A stretch of 64,000 nucleotides of DNA from Eledone cirrhosa (GCA_964016885.1 OZ024745.1:132122001-132186000); one strand, 5' to 3'; positions 1 through 12,312 are shown, numbered from the stretch's first letter. Notes: generated from the sequence alone by a model not told the origin. Numbers and translations: made by a program.

Positions 1-99
1 TTTACCAAACATTCTTGGAAAACTTCTGAATATACACAAGTGGGTGGGGGAAATATTTCCATGTGAAAGTGAGTGATGAGGCAGGTTGGAGACCCCTGG

Positions 100-370
100 T
101 CTTACCGGCACTCCAATCAATGGAACGGCTAGCTTCTGAAATTGACATGTAAGTGGCTGAGCATTCCAAAGACATACATACCATTAACGTAATTCTCAGG
201 GAGATTCAGCATGACACAGAATCTGACAAGGCCAGTTCTTTGAATTACAGGTACAACTCATTTTTGCCAGCTGAATTGACTGGAGCAATATGAAATAAAG
301 TGACTTGCACAGTGGGTGCCAGACCTTACGATTGTGAGCCAAATACCCTAACCCCAAAGCCACATGCCTT
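100..370 (-). mobile_element. tRNA-derived SINE, decayed
   Basis: Minus strand starts aaggcatgtggctttggggttagggtatttggctcacaatcgtaagg (tRNA-like head) and continues tttatttcatattgctccagtcaattcagctggcaaaaatgagt, a core shared with 18415-18532 and 14930-15165. Confidence 0.7.
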
Positions 371-899
371 AACACCCCTAAAACATGCTAAAAGCAACCA
401 AGTCTGATATGTTAGGCAAAAGTCAATGTATTAGACCTATCACCCTACAAAGGTTAACTAAAACAACAGGAAGGCCTGACGTGTGAAATTAATGGATTAT
501 ATTGAAGGGAATATGATAGCAGTGAATTGAAACTAGTCTTCAACACCATGACAGTGTTAATAGCAGTTTTATGATGTAACCAATACTAAAACCTGTCTCT
601 TTACTTGGAAATAGTTAGGAAACTTTCTCCATATTATGTTTATGTATTCTATATTTTTTTTGGTTTTTACTTTATTTCAACCTTAGCACTATCAGTTGAT
701 TACATCTCGGTAGGAAGATAATAAAAGGAAAATAATCAGGAACTAACTAATGACTCTAAGAGAATTTAATTTCCTGCACAGTGGCCAAGAGAGCCAAAGA
801 ATATGGTTAAATGGTATTGTGACTTTCCAAGTTATAGGGAGGTAAAAATTAATGTTGCTCGTGATGTGAGCAACATGTGTATTGAGTCAGGAGTGAAGA

Positions 900-926
900 G
901 AGAGAATGTGTGTGTGAAAGAGTGAG

Positions 927-978
<52 letters not shown>

Positions 979-1998
979 AAAGAGTGAGGGAGAGTGTGTG
1001 TGTGTGAGAGAAAGAGTGAGGGAGTGTGTGTGTATGTGTGTGTGTGTGTGTGTGTGTGAGAAAGAGTGAGGGAGAGTGTGTGTGTGTGAGAGAAAGAGTG
1101 AGGGAGTGTGTGTGTATGTGTGTGTGAGAAAGAGTGAGGGAGAGTGTGTGTGTGTGTGAGAAAGAGTGAGGGAGTGTGTGTGTGTGTGTGTGTGTGTGAG
1201 AAAGAGTGAGGGAGAGTGTGTGTATGTGTGTGTGTGTGTGAGAAATAGTGAGGGAGAGTGTATGTGTGTGAGAAAGAGTGAGGGTGTGTGTATGTGTGTG
1301 TGTGTGGGAGAAAGAGTGAGGGACAGTGTGTGTGTGTGAGAAAGAGTAAGGGAGAGTGTGTATGTGTGTGTGTGAGAGAAAGAGTGAGGGAGAGTGTGTG
1401 TATGTGTGTGTGTGTGAGAGAAAGAGTGAGGGAGAGTGTGTGTATGTGTGTGTGTGTGAGAAAGAGTGAGGGAGAGTGTGTGTGTGTATGTGTGTGAGAA
1501 AGAGTGAGTGAGAGTGTGTGTGTGTGTGTGTGTGAGAAAGAGTGAGGGAGTGTGTGTGTGTGTGTATGTGTGTGAGAAAGAGTGAGGGAGAGTGTGTGTA
1601 TGTGTGTGTGTGTGAGAAAGAGTGAGGGAGAGTGTGTGTATGTGTGTGTGTGTGTGAGAAAGCGTGAGGGAGAGTGTGTGTATGTGTGTGTGCGTAAGAG
1701 AAAGAGTGAGGCAAAGTGTGTGTGTGTGTGAGAAAGAGTGAGGGAGAGTGTGTGTGTATGTGTGTGAGAAAGAGTGAGGGAGAGTGTGTGTGTGTGTGTG
1801 TGTCAGAAAGAGTGAGGGTGTGTGTGTGTGAGAGAAAGAGTGAGGGAGAGTGTGTGTGTGTGTGTGTGCGTGTGAGAAAGAGTGAGGGAGTGTGTGTGTG
1901 TGTGTGTGAGAAAGAGTGAGGGAGAGTGTGTGTATGTGTGCGTGCGTGTGAGAAAGATTGAGGAAGTGTGTGTGTGTGTGTGAGAGAAAGAGTGAGGT

Positions 1999-2036
<38 letters not shown>

Positions 2037-2462
2037 AAAGAGTGAGGGAGTGTGTGTGTGTGTGTGTGAGAAAGAGTGAGTGAGAGTGTGTGTATGTGTG
2101 TGTGTGTGTGTGTGAAAGAGTGAGGGAGAGAGAGCGTGTGTGTGTGTGTGAGAAAGAGTGATGGAGAGTGTGTGTGTGTGTGTGTGTGAGAAAGAGTGAG
2201 GGAGAGTGTGTGTGTGTGTGTGTGAGTGAGAAAGAGTGAGGGAGAGTGTGTATGTGTGTGAGAAAGAGTGAGGGAGAGTGTGTATGTGTGTGTGTGTGAG
2301 AAAGAGTGAGGGAGAGTGTGTATGTGTGTGTGTGTGTGTGAGAAAGAGTGAGGGAGAGTGTGTATGTGTGTGTGTGTGTGTGAGAGAAAGAGTGAGGGAG
2401 AGTGTGTATGTGTGTGTGTGTGTGTGAGAAAGAGTGAGGGAGAGTGTGTATGTGTGTGTGTG
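900..2462. repeat. Compound minisatellite GAGAAAGAGTGAGGGAGA + variable (GT)n
   Basis: Dozens of units visible directly; explains the His/Thr and Val/Cys ORFs. Confidence 0.95.
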
Positions 2463-3112
2463 TATAAGAAAGAGTGAGGAAGAGAAAAAGAGAGAATTAA
2501 TAAGAGAGCTATAAAGGGAGATTCGAAGGGAGAGATATGGAGAGAGAGAGAGAGAGAGGGTTGAAGGAGTGTGGTGGGGGAAGGAGAGGGGTGAAAGAGG
2601 AATATAGAAGACTAAGAAAGAGTGGGGTGGGGGTAGAAGATCTGACGAGAGAGGATGCAAAGAAAAAGATGTAGTGAGAGGGGCGGGGGTAAGAGAGGCT
2701 GGGTGAGAAATGAGAGGAAAATGCAGAGGAAAGGTGAAGGAAAAAATGATGCTGATAAGAAAAAAGAAAGAAAGAATAAGAAAAGTAGAGAAAGTGAAAG
2801 AGAAAAGAATGTTAGAGAATGAGAAAATAAGAAAGAGATAATAGAATGAGAGAGAGAGAGAGGAATAAAAAAAGAGAAAGGATAATAAAGATGAAAAGTA
2901 TTTTTTTATTTTTTTTACTGGTTTCACTGTTTGGACTGAGGCCTAGCTGGAGCACGACCTTGTTAGAATAGTTGGGGAGTGCTGTAGGTAAAGAGAGGAG
3001 GTTAGAAACTAGCATGGCAACATTCTGAAAAGGTTGGGTTGCAGGGAGAAGAAGAGAGTTAGAGAGAAAGAGATGGAGAGAGAGAGAGAGTGAGAGAGAG
3101 AGAGAGAGAGAG
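2463..3112. repeat. Purine-rich low-complexity tract with (GA)n
   Basis: Strong G/A strand bias and (GA)n runs. Confidence 0.8.
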
Positions 3113-3334
3113 ATGTTAGTACCTCATACATCATTCAACAGCAGCAGTCATATACACTTACAATATATATATATATATATCTGTTGTTTTAATATATATA
3201 CATGACTAACCCATGCTAGCGTGGAAGATGGACATTAAACAATGATGATCATCATATATATTTTGTTTTAAAATATATATATTTATCTGTTATTTTAATA
3301 TATATATACATATCTGTTGTATTAGTATATATAT

Positions 3335-3965
3335 AAGACTTGCACTCCTTTACACACTGACGACAACTATGGATCTCCCTTGTTTGAGGTCTTGCATCAG
3401 GTTGCCCGTGAACCCTCACAACACCGTGGAGATCATAGTTCACTGGTTCTCTTTGAACATGGCTGCGACTGTGGCTCCTGAGACCAGATTTGCTCAAGCA
3501 AATTTTTCCACACTCAGGGCACTTCAATTCAATGGAGACATAGATCGTTTCGAGAGATAAACCAGGGCATTGCTTATGCACATCTCATTTGATCTTCTCG
3601 TGCTCTTGCATCTGTCCTCAAACGTATGGACCCCATCATTCACCATTCCACGCCAAGTTCCTCTTTCAAGAGCTTCTATCTCCCAATCAGCCACCATCAA
3701 ACCAGTTTTTTTCAATGAGTGCTTTACACAATCCTTAAATCAGAGCCTTGACTTGTGAGGTGGTCTCTTACCCTTACAAAGCTCGCCATACAAAAGATGT
3801 TTCGATCATCCTCCATTCTGCAGAGGTGTCCAGTCCATCACAAATGCCGTTGGTGGATGATACTCTCAGTGCTCCAACACTCACTTCTCTCAAGGACTTC
3901 AACATCACTCACATGCATCTGCCTCTTGATACCGAGCATCTTTCTGAGACACTGCTGGTGAAATA
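3335..3965 (-). mobile_element. RTE-clade LINE 3' ORF fragment with C-terminal C2H2 fingers, frameshifted
   Basis: Minus translation FHQQCLRKMLGIK...HL*WTGHLCRMEDDR...WEIEALERGTWR, then CPECGKICLSKSGLRSHSRSH and a truncated CRQC. Confidence 0.85.
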
Positions 3966-4124
3966 GTTTTAATATATATATACAGCATGGCCTCAGCCGG
4001 ATGGCTGAAACAGGTAAAAGAGAGGTAAAAGAGTATATATATATATCTGTTGTTTTAATATATATATATATATGAGAAAACTATCCAGGTGGTACTCAAC
4101 AAATCTATCAAGTTTCTGCAACTG

Positions 4125-4345
4125 GTGCAGCCAGTCATTGGAGCAGCCAGTCTAGATGTGCCACTGGGGCAGCCAATCGCTGGGGCGTCACTCTAGATGT
4201 GCCATTGGGGCAGCCACTCATTGGAGCAGCCAGTCTAGATGTGCCACTGGGGCAGCCAGTCATTGGGGTGCCACTGATGCAGCCAGTCTAGATGTGCCAC
4301 TGGGGCAGCCAGTCATTGGGGTGCCCCTCTAGATGTATTCAGCCA
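4125..4345. repeat. Short GC-richer tandem repeat, variable-length unit GCAGCCAGTCTAGATGTGCCACTGGGGCAGCCAGTCATTGG
   Basis: About 5 imperfect units. Confidence 0.85.
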
Positions 4346-4349
4346 TTGC

Positions 4350-5240
4350 CACAGGTCTCTGTTCTCTACCATATTTAGAAAGGTCTCAGTGTTGTGACCT
4401 GTCCAGTCTTTTATCTTGTCGGACCAGAATTTACTTTGTCTCTTCTTTTCCCTCCTTCGACTATGCTCTGAAGGATGGTTTTAGAGAGGGAGTCCTTGTG
4501 GGATATATGGCCATACCAGGCAATCTTCTGTTTTTTCACTGTTGCAAGGAATGTTTCCTGTCTGCCAGTGTATTCATTAACTTGCTGTCTGACAAATCTG
4601 TTTTCTGTTCCATATATGGGATACAGATCATCTTTCTGAGGCACCTGTGTAAGAATCCAACTCTCTTAGCCTTGCAGAAGGTTCGAAGTTACCAGGGATT
4701 TGTAGAATTTGAGCCTTGTTGGAAAACTGATAGAGTCACTTTTCCACATGGTATTCATGATGGAAGAAGAGGCCAGGCCAAGTCTTGTCATTATCTGATC
4801 TTGAGATCTGCTGTCTTTAGTCAGAGTCGATGCTAGGTACTTGAAGGTGTCCACTTCTTCAAACCTTTCTCCATTTAGCATGATGCTGGTTGTCGTATTC
4901 TGGTTGTGACTATTAACAAGAATCTTGCTCTTTTCTGACCGGTTCTCCATTCTGTATGCTCCTGATATTTTTTCTAGTCTGGTGGTGATATTCTGGAGTT
5001 CTGCTTCACTGCCTCCAAAAGGTCAATATCATCAGCAAAGAGCAGGCTGTAAATGAATCATCCTCTAATGGAAACAGAGGCATGGAAGGTTTAGAGTATC
5101 TCTTGCATGACATTCTTCATAAAGATATTGAAAAGCAATGGAGATAGGAGACACTCTTGTTGAACTCCTGCTGTTGTCCTGAAGAATTCTCTGTTGTTGT
5201 TATTCAGGAGAACTGCACTGCTTGAATGTTCATTCAGAGT
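4350..5240 (-). mobile_element. RTE-clade LINE reverse transcriptase fragment, inactive
   Basis: Minus translation LLSPLLFNIFM...LLFADDIDL...EKSKILVN...FEEVDTFKYL...IAWYGHI; stops and frameshifts. Confidence 0.9.
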
Positions 5241-5459
5241 TCAGATTATCAGATGGTATTGATATTTACAACATTGGTTAAATTATAAACCTGCATGGTC
5301 CTAAACTCCTAAGAGAGTTGTACGGGCACCGTATTAACATTCTAGGACAGTTTTAAACCTAGCAGAAACCATCTCCTCTCCAGGTCTGAATACAGCAGAT
5401 TTCTTCCAGAGAAGGAATGAGAGTGAGAGGAAGGAAGTGAGAAAGAGATATAGAGGAAC

Positions 5460-5600
5460 AATCGACCCCAGTACTTGACTGGTACTTTTTTTTTTATCAA
5501 TCTTGAATTAATGAAAAGCAAAGTTGACCTCAGTAGAGAGCTGAAACGAATATTACAAAATGTTCTATCTGACATTCTAATGATTGAAAATTTGCTGCCT
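5460..5600 (-). mobile_element. SINE fragment related to family A
   Basis: cgaccccagtacttgactggtac...aaagcaaagttgacctc matches the reverse complement of the family A core; similar pieces at 14060-14370. Confidence 0.6.
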
Positions 5601-6029
5601 AAATCATAAGCATAACAAATAACAAATACAACAAAAATACGAGAAAGAATTCTAAAACATTGCTATTTCAATCATACGAACTGAGCCCAGATGGTGTGGG
5701 AGAATGCTCTCTGATGTACAGAACACTAGAATAAGGAGATTGCAAACAAATTCTTCTAAAGTTTTTCTCTTTCCTCCACAGTATCTTCCTTCCTCACTAA
5801 CCTTCAACTTGTTGCTTTGCCAATAGTCTTGGCATTCAATTCATGTGGTCAAGGGGGAAGCGGAATGCTTGGATAAAGAGATATAGACAGAGGGAGCGGG
5901 AGAGGGGAGGGCTATTAGCAACAGTAATAGTGATAAAAGGTTGAGTCAAAACCTAGAGTTTCAAAATTTAATCAATATATTTATTAGATTTTAATTAATA
6001 AGAGGGTGGCATACTTTGCTTCACACTTT

Positions 6030-6236
6030 ATCATTTCCATTACTCTATATTTATTATTGCATAATCATGATAAAGGCTTTCTCTCACATAATCTCGAATC
6101 TACAAGATTTTCATGATGTTATTGTTTATTTTAAGAATGGCATCTTAACATTGGTGTAAGCTGCTGGTTACGGCCGGTTTGAAAAACAGGAAAGAATTCT
6201 GGCCGGATGCAGCCAGTTTAAATGCTAAAGAGTTAA
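6030..6236 (+). mobile_element. TTAA-type (piggyBac-like) MITE family 1, left end eroded
   Basis: Ends aatgctaaagagTTAA; homologous to 58192-58380, which begins TTAAccctttagcatt (the complementary terminus). Confidence 0.65.
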
Positions 6237-6534
6237 AACATTGTGCAAAGTGTAGACAATAATATTTTGTTTGAAGACTTAAGAACAACAACATTTTTAC
6301 AACTCCAAAATAGTTTCTTCTATAAAACATTTGATGAAGGGATTTTAACCCCCAAATATAAAGACCTATAAACAAGTGAAAGGTCAACATCTTTATTATC
6401 TTATTTTTAACATTTGTTGTCCAATTCACATTGTGGAAGCTTTAAAAAAACATTATTTTTGAACTAATTAATATTTATTTTTATTAATAACTATAGGTAG
6501 ACTTATTTTCTGGTTGTTACTTATCAGTGCCATA

Positions 6535-6881
6535 TTAACCCTTTCGTTACCAACCCAGTCAAAGCTGGCTCTAATTCTATGAAATAAAATTCCAATTTAA
6601 ATTAATATCTTGCAACATAATTCTATACAAGAACCTCACATTAAGTTACTATCTTACCAACCCAGCCAAAACCAGCTCTGGTTTTATGAAATAAAGCCAT
6701 CCATTTTAAAGGTTTCAAATTTAAATTAAAATCTTCCAACATTATTTAATTTAAGACTCTTGTATTACGTTACTATCTTAGTAATGAAGTAATTAATAAC
6801 TTTAGTAATTCGCTCAAAATTCCTCCTTAATTAATTAAAATGTAGTGTATTTCATTAGAAATAGGGTCATGAATAGGTTAA
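6535..6881 (+). mobile_element. TTAA-flanked MITE family 2 with internal duplication of its 5' part
   Basis: TTAAccctttc...gaataggTTAA; ttaccaacccag...atgaaataaa segment present twice; homologous to 32624-32861. Confidence 0.75.
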
Positions 6882-7024
6882 AATAAAACAGTTTTGCAAG
6901 TGGAAATTATTATTTGTGAAAGGTTGACAGTGACTTGAAGTTTCGCCAGCAGTCAACTTTATCAGAATGCTAAAGCTAACTACAGCTGAAACTTTCAAGT
7001 TACTGTCAACCATTTCCTTGTAAA

Positions 7025-7410
7025 ATCATCATCATCATCATCAATGCCATCATCTTTATTTAACATCCAATTTCTCTGCTAGCAAGGGTTGGTCGTCACA
7101 GACCAAGTAGTTACTCAAGTAGAGCTACTGACCTCTCTGATGGGCTGAGGATCCAAAACCTCACATATAACACATATGTTCTCACACTCTACCAAATGCA
7201 CAGATGGACCAGGGGCATACATCTCGCTTACATACATTCCCATGCTGTACCAAATCATTTTATCATGGCACCAGCACTATGGAGGTTGTCATGTCTTTAA
7301 CACTGCTAAAGAGTCTTCATAAAGTTATCTTTTGCAGGCTTTTCTACAACTGGATGCCCTTTCTATCATCAACCACTTTACAGAGTGTACTGGGTGCATT
7401 TATCATGTAG
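7025..7410 (-). mobile_element. SINE or LINE-tail remnant with (GAT)n 3' end
   Basis: (cat)n followed by tttaacatcc; ggatgccctttctatcatcaaccactttacag is shared with 8447-8720. Confidence 0.55.
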
Positions 7411-7994
7411 ATAACCAACACTAGGTGGTTGTCTGAGAATGAAAGTGAGAGTGAAATATAGTAAACCAATGTTACCTATTAGAGAATCTATTGACTTCAC
7501 TCTCATGACTGGAATCTACTGATTTATATGTGTTTATAGTTACATCATACCAAATAATATTCAGCATTGGAAACACATACATTCATAGATTTTTTCTTGT
7601 TTCCTTTTTAATTCTATTAATCTTTCAGTAATAATAGATATTTCAAAACATGTTTCCTGATGGCAAGCAAATTTATTTTATTTTATGAATTTTACATTTA
7701 ATACTGGTTACTGAAGCTTTTATTTGACATAAAGTATTTGTGATTATACTAAAGTAGAACATCAATAACCAATATATATTTTAATTTATGAGCAACATGA
7801 GACGTCATTCACTAACTTCCAGCCCATCTTTACAACCTGACAATTACTCTCTCACTGATTCCCTCCACAGACAAGCAGCCTGCCTCCAAACTGATCACTC
7901 CCCAGCCTGGTCAAGATCACAAATGCCCTAGTGTTGTAATGGGTTAGTGCTGGTATGATGATGAAATATACCAAGGCCATTCTGTAAGGATGTG

Positions 7995-8265
7995 GAAGCA
8001 CATGGCGTAGTGGTAAGTGTGTTGGTATTATGATCATAATGTTGTGGGTTTGATTCCTGGCCTGTGTTGCGTGGTGTGTCCATTTCAGGTGGCTCCAGTA
8101 TACACAGCTGAAAATAAGTACCAGTAGCAGCTGAGGATTTAAGTCTGCAATGGAGTGGTTTCCTGTACAGGGGAAGTCTTGTATTCTCAGTTGCTTAATG
8201 CCACAGAAACCAGGATAATATTTGGCCTGATGAACCTTGGGGCTTCAGGCAGACTTTAAACTTTA
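7995..8265 (+). mobile_element. tRNA-derived SINE family C
   Basis: A box tggcgtagtgg, B box gtttgattcc; ggggaagtcttgtattctcagttgcttaatgccac shared with 14930-15165 and 56815-57060. Confidence 0.7.
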
Positions 8266-8446
8266 GACTCTATAAGGTGTTAGTATCATGAAAAAACACA
8301 CCCAGCTCACTCTGTAAAGAGGCAGTGCTGGTGCTACAATAAAAATTATATCCTGCTTGGTAGTTATGCTGGTGCTTTGAGGAAATACTCACAGAACACT
8401 CTCCAAAGTGTATGACATTCGGAAAGGTACCAAGCCATAGAAAACT

Positions 8447-8720
8447 AATCATCATCATCATCATCATCACCGTTTTACGTCCGTTCTTCCACGCTAGCAT
8501 GGGTTAGACGGGTTGTCCTGTTGTGGGCAGTGTCTGGTCGGCTGACCATGCCTTGCTCATACAGGAACTGATTTGGCTTGATTTCTACAGCTGGATGCCC
8601 TTCCTAACACCAACCTTATTTACAGTGAGTGCTGGGTGCTTTTTCGTGGTGCCTACACGTCCACTTTACAGTGTGGGCTGGGTGCTTTTTTGCCGTGGCA
8701 CCTCCACGACCACCTTGCAG
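8447..8720 (-). mobile_element. SINE 3' part with RTE-like tail ending (GAT)n
   Basis: Minus strand ggaagggcatccagctgtagaaa...acccatgctagcgtggaagaacggacgtaaaacggtgatgatg; copies at 15525, 25915, 61735. Confidence 0.75.
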
Positions 8721-8749
8721 TGGGAGGGTGTGGGGGAATATTGTCTATA

Positions 8750-11280
8750 TGCTTCAACTTGTACCCATGGGAGGTCGGGTACTCTGTATTACTGCGTGAC
8801 GCCAGAGGTCACAGTCATGTGTCATCGCCTTGGAGAGGTGTAATTGGATAAGGTCGGCTTTTATCACCTCATCGCAGGTCATCTTGGGTCTCCCCACTCC
8901 ATCGTTTTCATCGACTTCTACTGCTCTGCACCTTTTTATGCAGCTGTCATCCTTCATACACATCACATGTCCATACCAATGCAACCGCCTCTCCTGCACA
9001 CAGCATTTGATTCCTCTTATGCTCAGTCTCTCTCTCAATTCATTTATGCTTTGTCGGTCACGTATATTACTATTATACATCCATTGGAGCATGCAGGCTT
9101 CGTTTCTCTCTAATCTACGTAAGTCTTCCACCTTCAGCGCCCAGGTCTCACTACCATGCAACATTGCTGTTCGGATACACGCATCATACAGTCTGCCTTT
9201 CATTTTGAGGGAGAAGCCTTTTGCAGCTAGCAGTGGCAGTAGTTCCTTGAACTTCTTCCATCCCGTTCTTACCCTAATTATTGTACTTTCTGAGCACCCA
9301 CCTCCGCTGCTAATTCGGTCACCTAGGTAGCAGGAGCTGTCTACTGTCTCTACAGAACCCTCCCAGAGATTGGTGGTACTTGTTTCCTGTAGCTGTTTGC
9401 TGCTTGCTGTCCCAGTACAGCTGCTGCATGTGAAGCCTACATTCTTAATTAAGCTTCCTGAGATCCCGCTACATCTCTTGTGTACCCATTGTTTGCATTT
9501 GGGGCAGAGAATGGAGTTCCTACCTACACCTTTCCTACATACTGAGCAAGGCCATTTCCCTGAGGAGAGGGCTAAGAACCTGGTTGACACCAACCTGGAT
9601 GCTAAATTCCTCGCTATACTCATTGCTAATCCTAACTTTGCTGACTGCTTCCCTATACATGGCTTGTACAGCTTTCACAAGCCATTCATCTACTCCTAGT
9701 TTTCTAAGAGCCCACCAGATTACAGCACGTGGAACTCTGTCAAAGGCTTTCTTGAGATCGACGAATGCCAGGTAGAGTGACTTACTTTTAGCTAGGTACT
9801 TTTCCTGTAACTGCCTCACAAGGAAGAGGGCATCAGTAGTGCCTCTTCCTAGTACAAACCCAAATTGCATCTCATCTAGTTTCACCCAAATCAACTGTGC
9901 TATAACTCTTTCTTTACTTTCATGACCTGGTCCATCAGCTTTATACCTCTATAGTTTCCTCTATCGAGTGCATCACCTTTACCTTTGTAGCAGTTGACAA
10001 TGATGCTACTGCACCAATCTTTTGGTATGACACCTTCTAGTATTACCTGGTTAACAATACATGTGGTTATAGTGTGACCTACAGACCCAGATGTCTTCAG
10101 CATCTTGGCAGATATACCCGATGGACCGGTTGCCTTCCCCATCTTCATATCTTTGATTGCCTTACTTACTACGCTGCTGCAGACTTGTACTGCTGGTCCC
10201 TCTATAGGGTATACTTGGGGTAGGGTCTCTTCTTCCCATGCATTCTCCTCATTTAGTAATCTATCATAATGACTCTTCCATGCATCTTTCTTCCATTCTG
10301 GATACACTTCTCTCCAATGACATCACAATTCTCTCTGACACACTGCCTCGCAATCTTGAACACCTCCTGTTTCTGGTCCTCATGTTGCAAAACATGCTTG
10401 AATTTTCTATCCTCTGCTTCGCTCCTAGCTAAGTATACTTGTCGCCTAGCTTCCCTCTTGGTCTCTATGTAATGTACCCTGCTCCCCCCATTCTTCCATT
10501 CTTTCCATGCCTGTCTCTTGGCTTTAACTGCCTCATCTACCTTATTGTTCCACCACCAAGTCACTCTCCTCCTGCTTGTGGTCTTACTCCAGCCACAGAC
10601 CTCATCCGTCGCCTCTAGTAAGTTATTTTTTAGGAACTCCCAGCTCCCAGTACTCTTCTACATTGAATGTCTCTATCTGTTCTTCTCTACTGTTGTAGGC
10701 ATTGAGTAAAATATCTTTAAATCTGTTACTGGCTGAGGGGTCTTTCAGCTTCTAGATCTTTCTTCTCCAGGTTGGCCTCTGTTTCCAGGTTCATCTAGTT
10801 CTGACCGTGAGGTCGCTGTCAACTAAAATATGTTGGGAGGTACATTCCTCACTAGAGAAGGTTTTTGTGTTTACGACCGTCCATCTGTCACGTCCTCTAA
10901 TGAGGATAAAATCTATCTGACTAGAATGCTCCCCTGATCTATAGGTGATCAGGTGGTTGTCGGGTTTTTTGAAGTTTGTGTTACATATCGACATATCATT
11001 GGCGTCGCAGAATTCTAGAAGTCTGAATCCTTCTTCATTTCTTGTGTCTACCCCTTGGCCTCTAAGGACTCTATTGAAGCCGTCACAGTGTTTACCTACA
11101 TGTCCGTTAAAATCTCCTGCGATGATTAGGAAGTCATTGTCGTTTGTTAGAGCAGTAGTGTGCATTAGGGACTTGTAAAATCTATCCTTAAGTTCGTCTG
11201 GCAACCTCGATTGGGGTGTGTAAGCTGATATTATTGTGGTAATTGTTTTATTCAGGACTAGTCTGAGTTTAATGATTCAA
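8750..11280 (-). mobile_element. RTE-clade LINE, 5'-truncated: APE endonuclease, RT and PHD-like finger; inactive
   Basis: EN motifs IIAGDFNGHVG and SQIDFIL; RT motifs NYRGIKL, QFGF, AFVDLKKAFDRVPR; C-terminal LHWYGHVM and GRPKMT. Several frameshifts, and a deletion between VLSPLL and SGKWPC removes the YADD segment. Confidence 0.95.
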
Positions 11281-11375
11281 TGTAAAATGGAATGTATGAA
11301 GTTATAACCACCTCACCTGTCTAGCCTCAGAATGTGTCATTCCACTGAAGCAAACATAGAAAATAGACGTGAAAC

Positions 11376-11417
<42 letters not shown>

Positions 11418-11589
11418 TAAATTTTCTCTGGGTATTGGTCCTCATTCTTTGTCCAATTTCTCCATGTTGTCTGTCCACACTTCACTTCAAAGTTCTATCA
11501 ATAGTTGCCACTCTCAAACAACAAAACCTTTCCGTTTATCATTAAATGTTGATACCACCATTCCCCACGCATCATCTGTGGCATTCATG

Positions 11590-11830
11590 GTGGGGTGGGA
11601 TAAGAGTGGGGTGGGGTGGGATAAGAGTGGGGTGGGGTGGAATAAGAGTGGGGGTGGGGGGGTGATAAGAGTGGGGGTGGGGGTGGGGTGGAATAAGAGT
11701 AGGGGAGTGAGAGTGGGGGTGGGGTGGGATAAGAGTGGGGGTGGGGTGGAATAAGAGTGGGGGTGGGGGTGGAATAAAAATGGGGTGGGGTGGAATAAAA
11801 GTGGGGTGGGGTGGAATAAGAGTGAGGTGG
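11590..11830. repeat. G-rich minisatellite GGGGTGGGGTGG(G/A)ATAAGAGT
   Basis: About 10 units with G4+ runs. Confidence 0.9.
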
Positions 11831-11831
11831 A

Positions 11832-12020
11832 TTGGCAGTATCAGTAGAGGGTCGGACGCCATTCTTTGATGCATAGAGTTACGGCCCTTGCTATTCTGAG
11901 TTCAAATGCCGCCGAGGTTAACTTTGCCTTTCATCCTTACGGAGTCGATAAAATGATAAAATAAAGTACCAGTAATGCACTAGGTAATTGCTGGCCTTGT
12001 GCCAAAAGTAGAAATAATTA
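11832..12020 (+). mobile_element. tRNA-derived SINE family A
   Basis: tggcagtatcagtagaggg...gagttcaaatgcc (A/B box-like) then gaggttaactttgcctttcatcc; at least 6 copies in the window. Confidence 0.85.
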
Positions 12021-12245
12021 TATTACACTCTGTCTAGCTCTACACCTCGATACTGACTTGAACCTAAACATCAAGTGCTCACCCGGGTGAACCTACAATA
12101 ACTCCGCATTACACTCCCGATATACATATATATATATATATATAACTTCAAAATATTAATATAGACATTCAAGTCCAGTCTTGGCAGTCCTGCCCAAGAC
12201 TGGACTTGAACCATCAGCACAGTTGAGATATGTCAGACATCAATC

Positions 12246-12312
12246 TATTTTATCTGATGAGGACGTACTGATGAAATAGCTCAGTACCTCTGAAATATGT
12301 ATAATAAAATAT
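12246..12312 (+). ncRNA. Degenerate type I hammerhead ribozyme motif (Penelope-like repeat remnant)
   Basis: tattttat-CTGATGA-stem(gtactga/tcagtac)-GAAA-tatg-TA-taataaaata. Confidence 0.45.

Noticed and set aside
887-2927. Long His/Thr/Ser-rich ORFs (275 and 374 aa)
   Set aside because: Read-through of GT/GA repeats with no unique coding signal.
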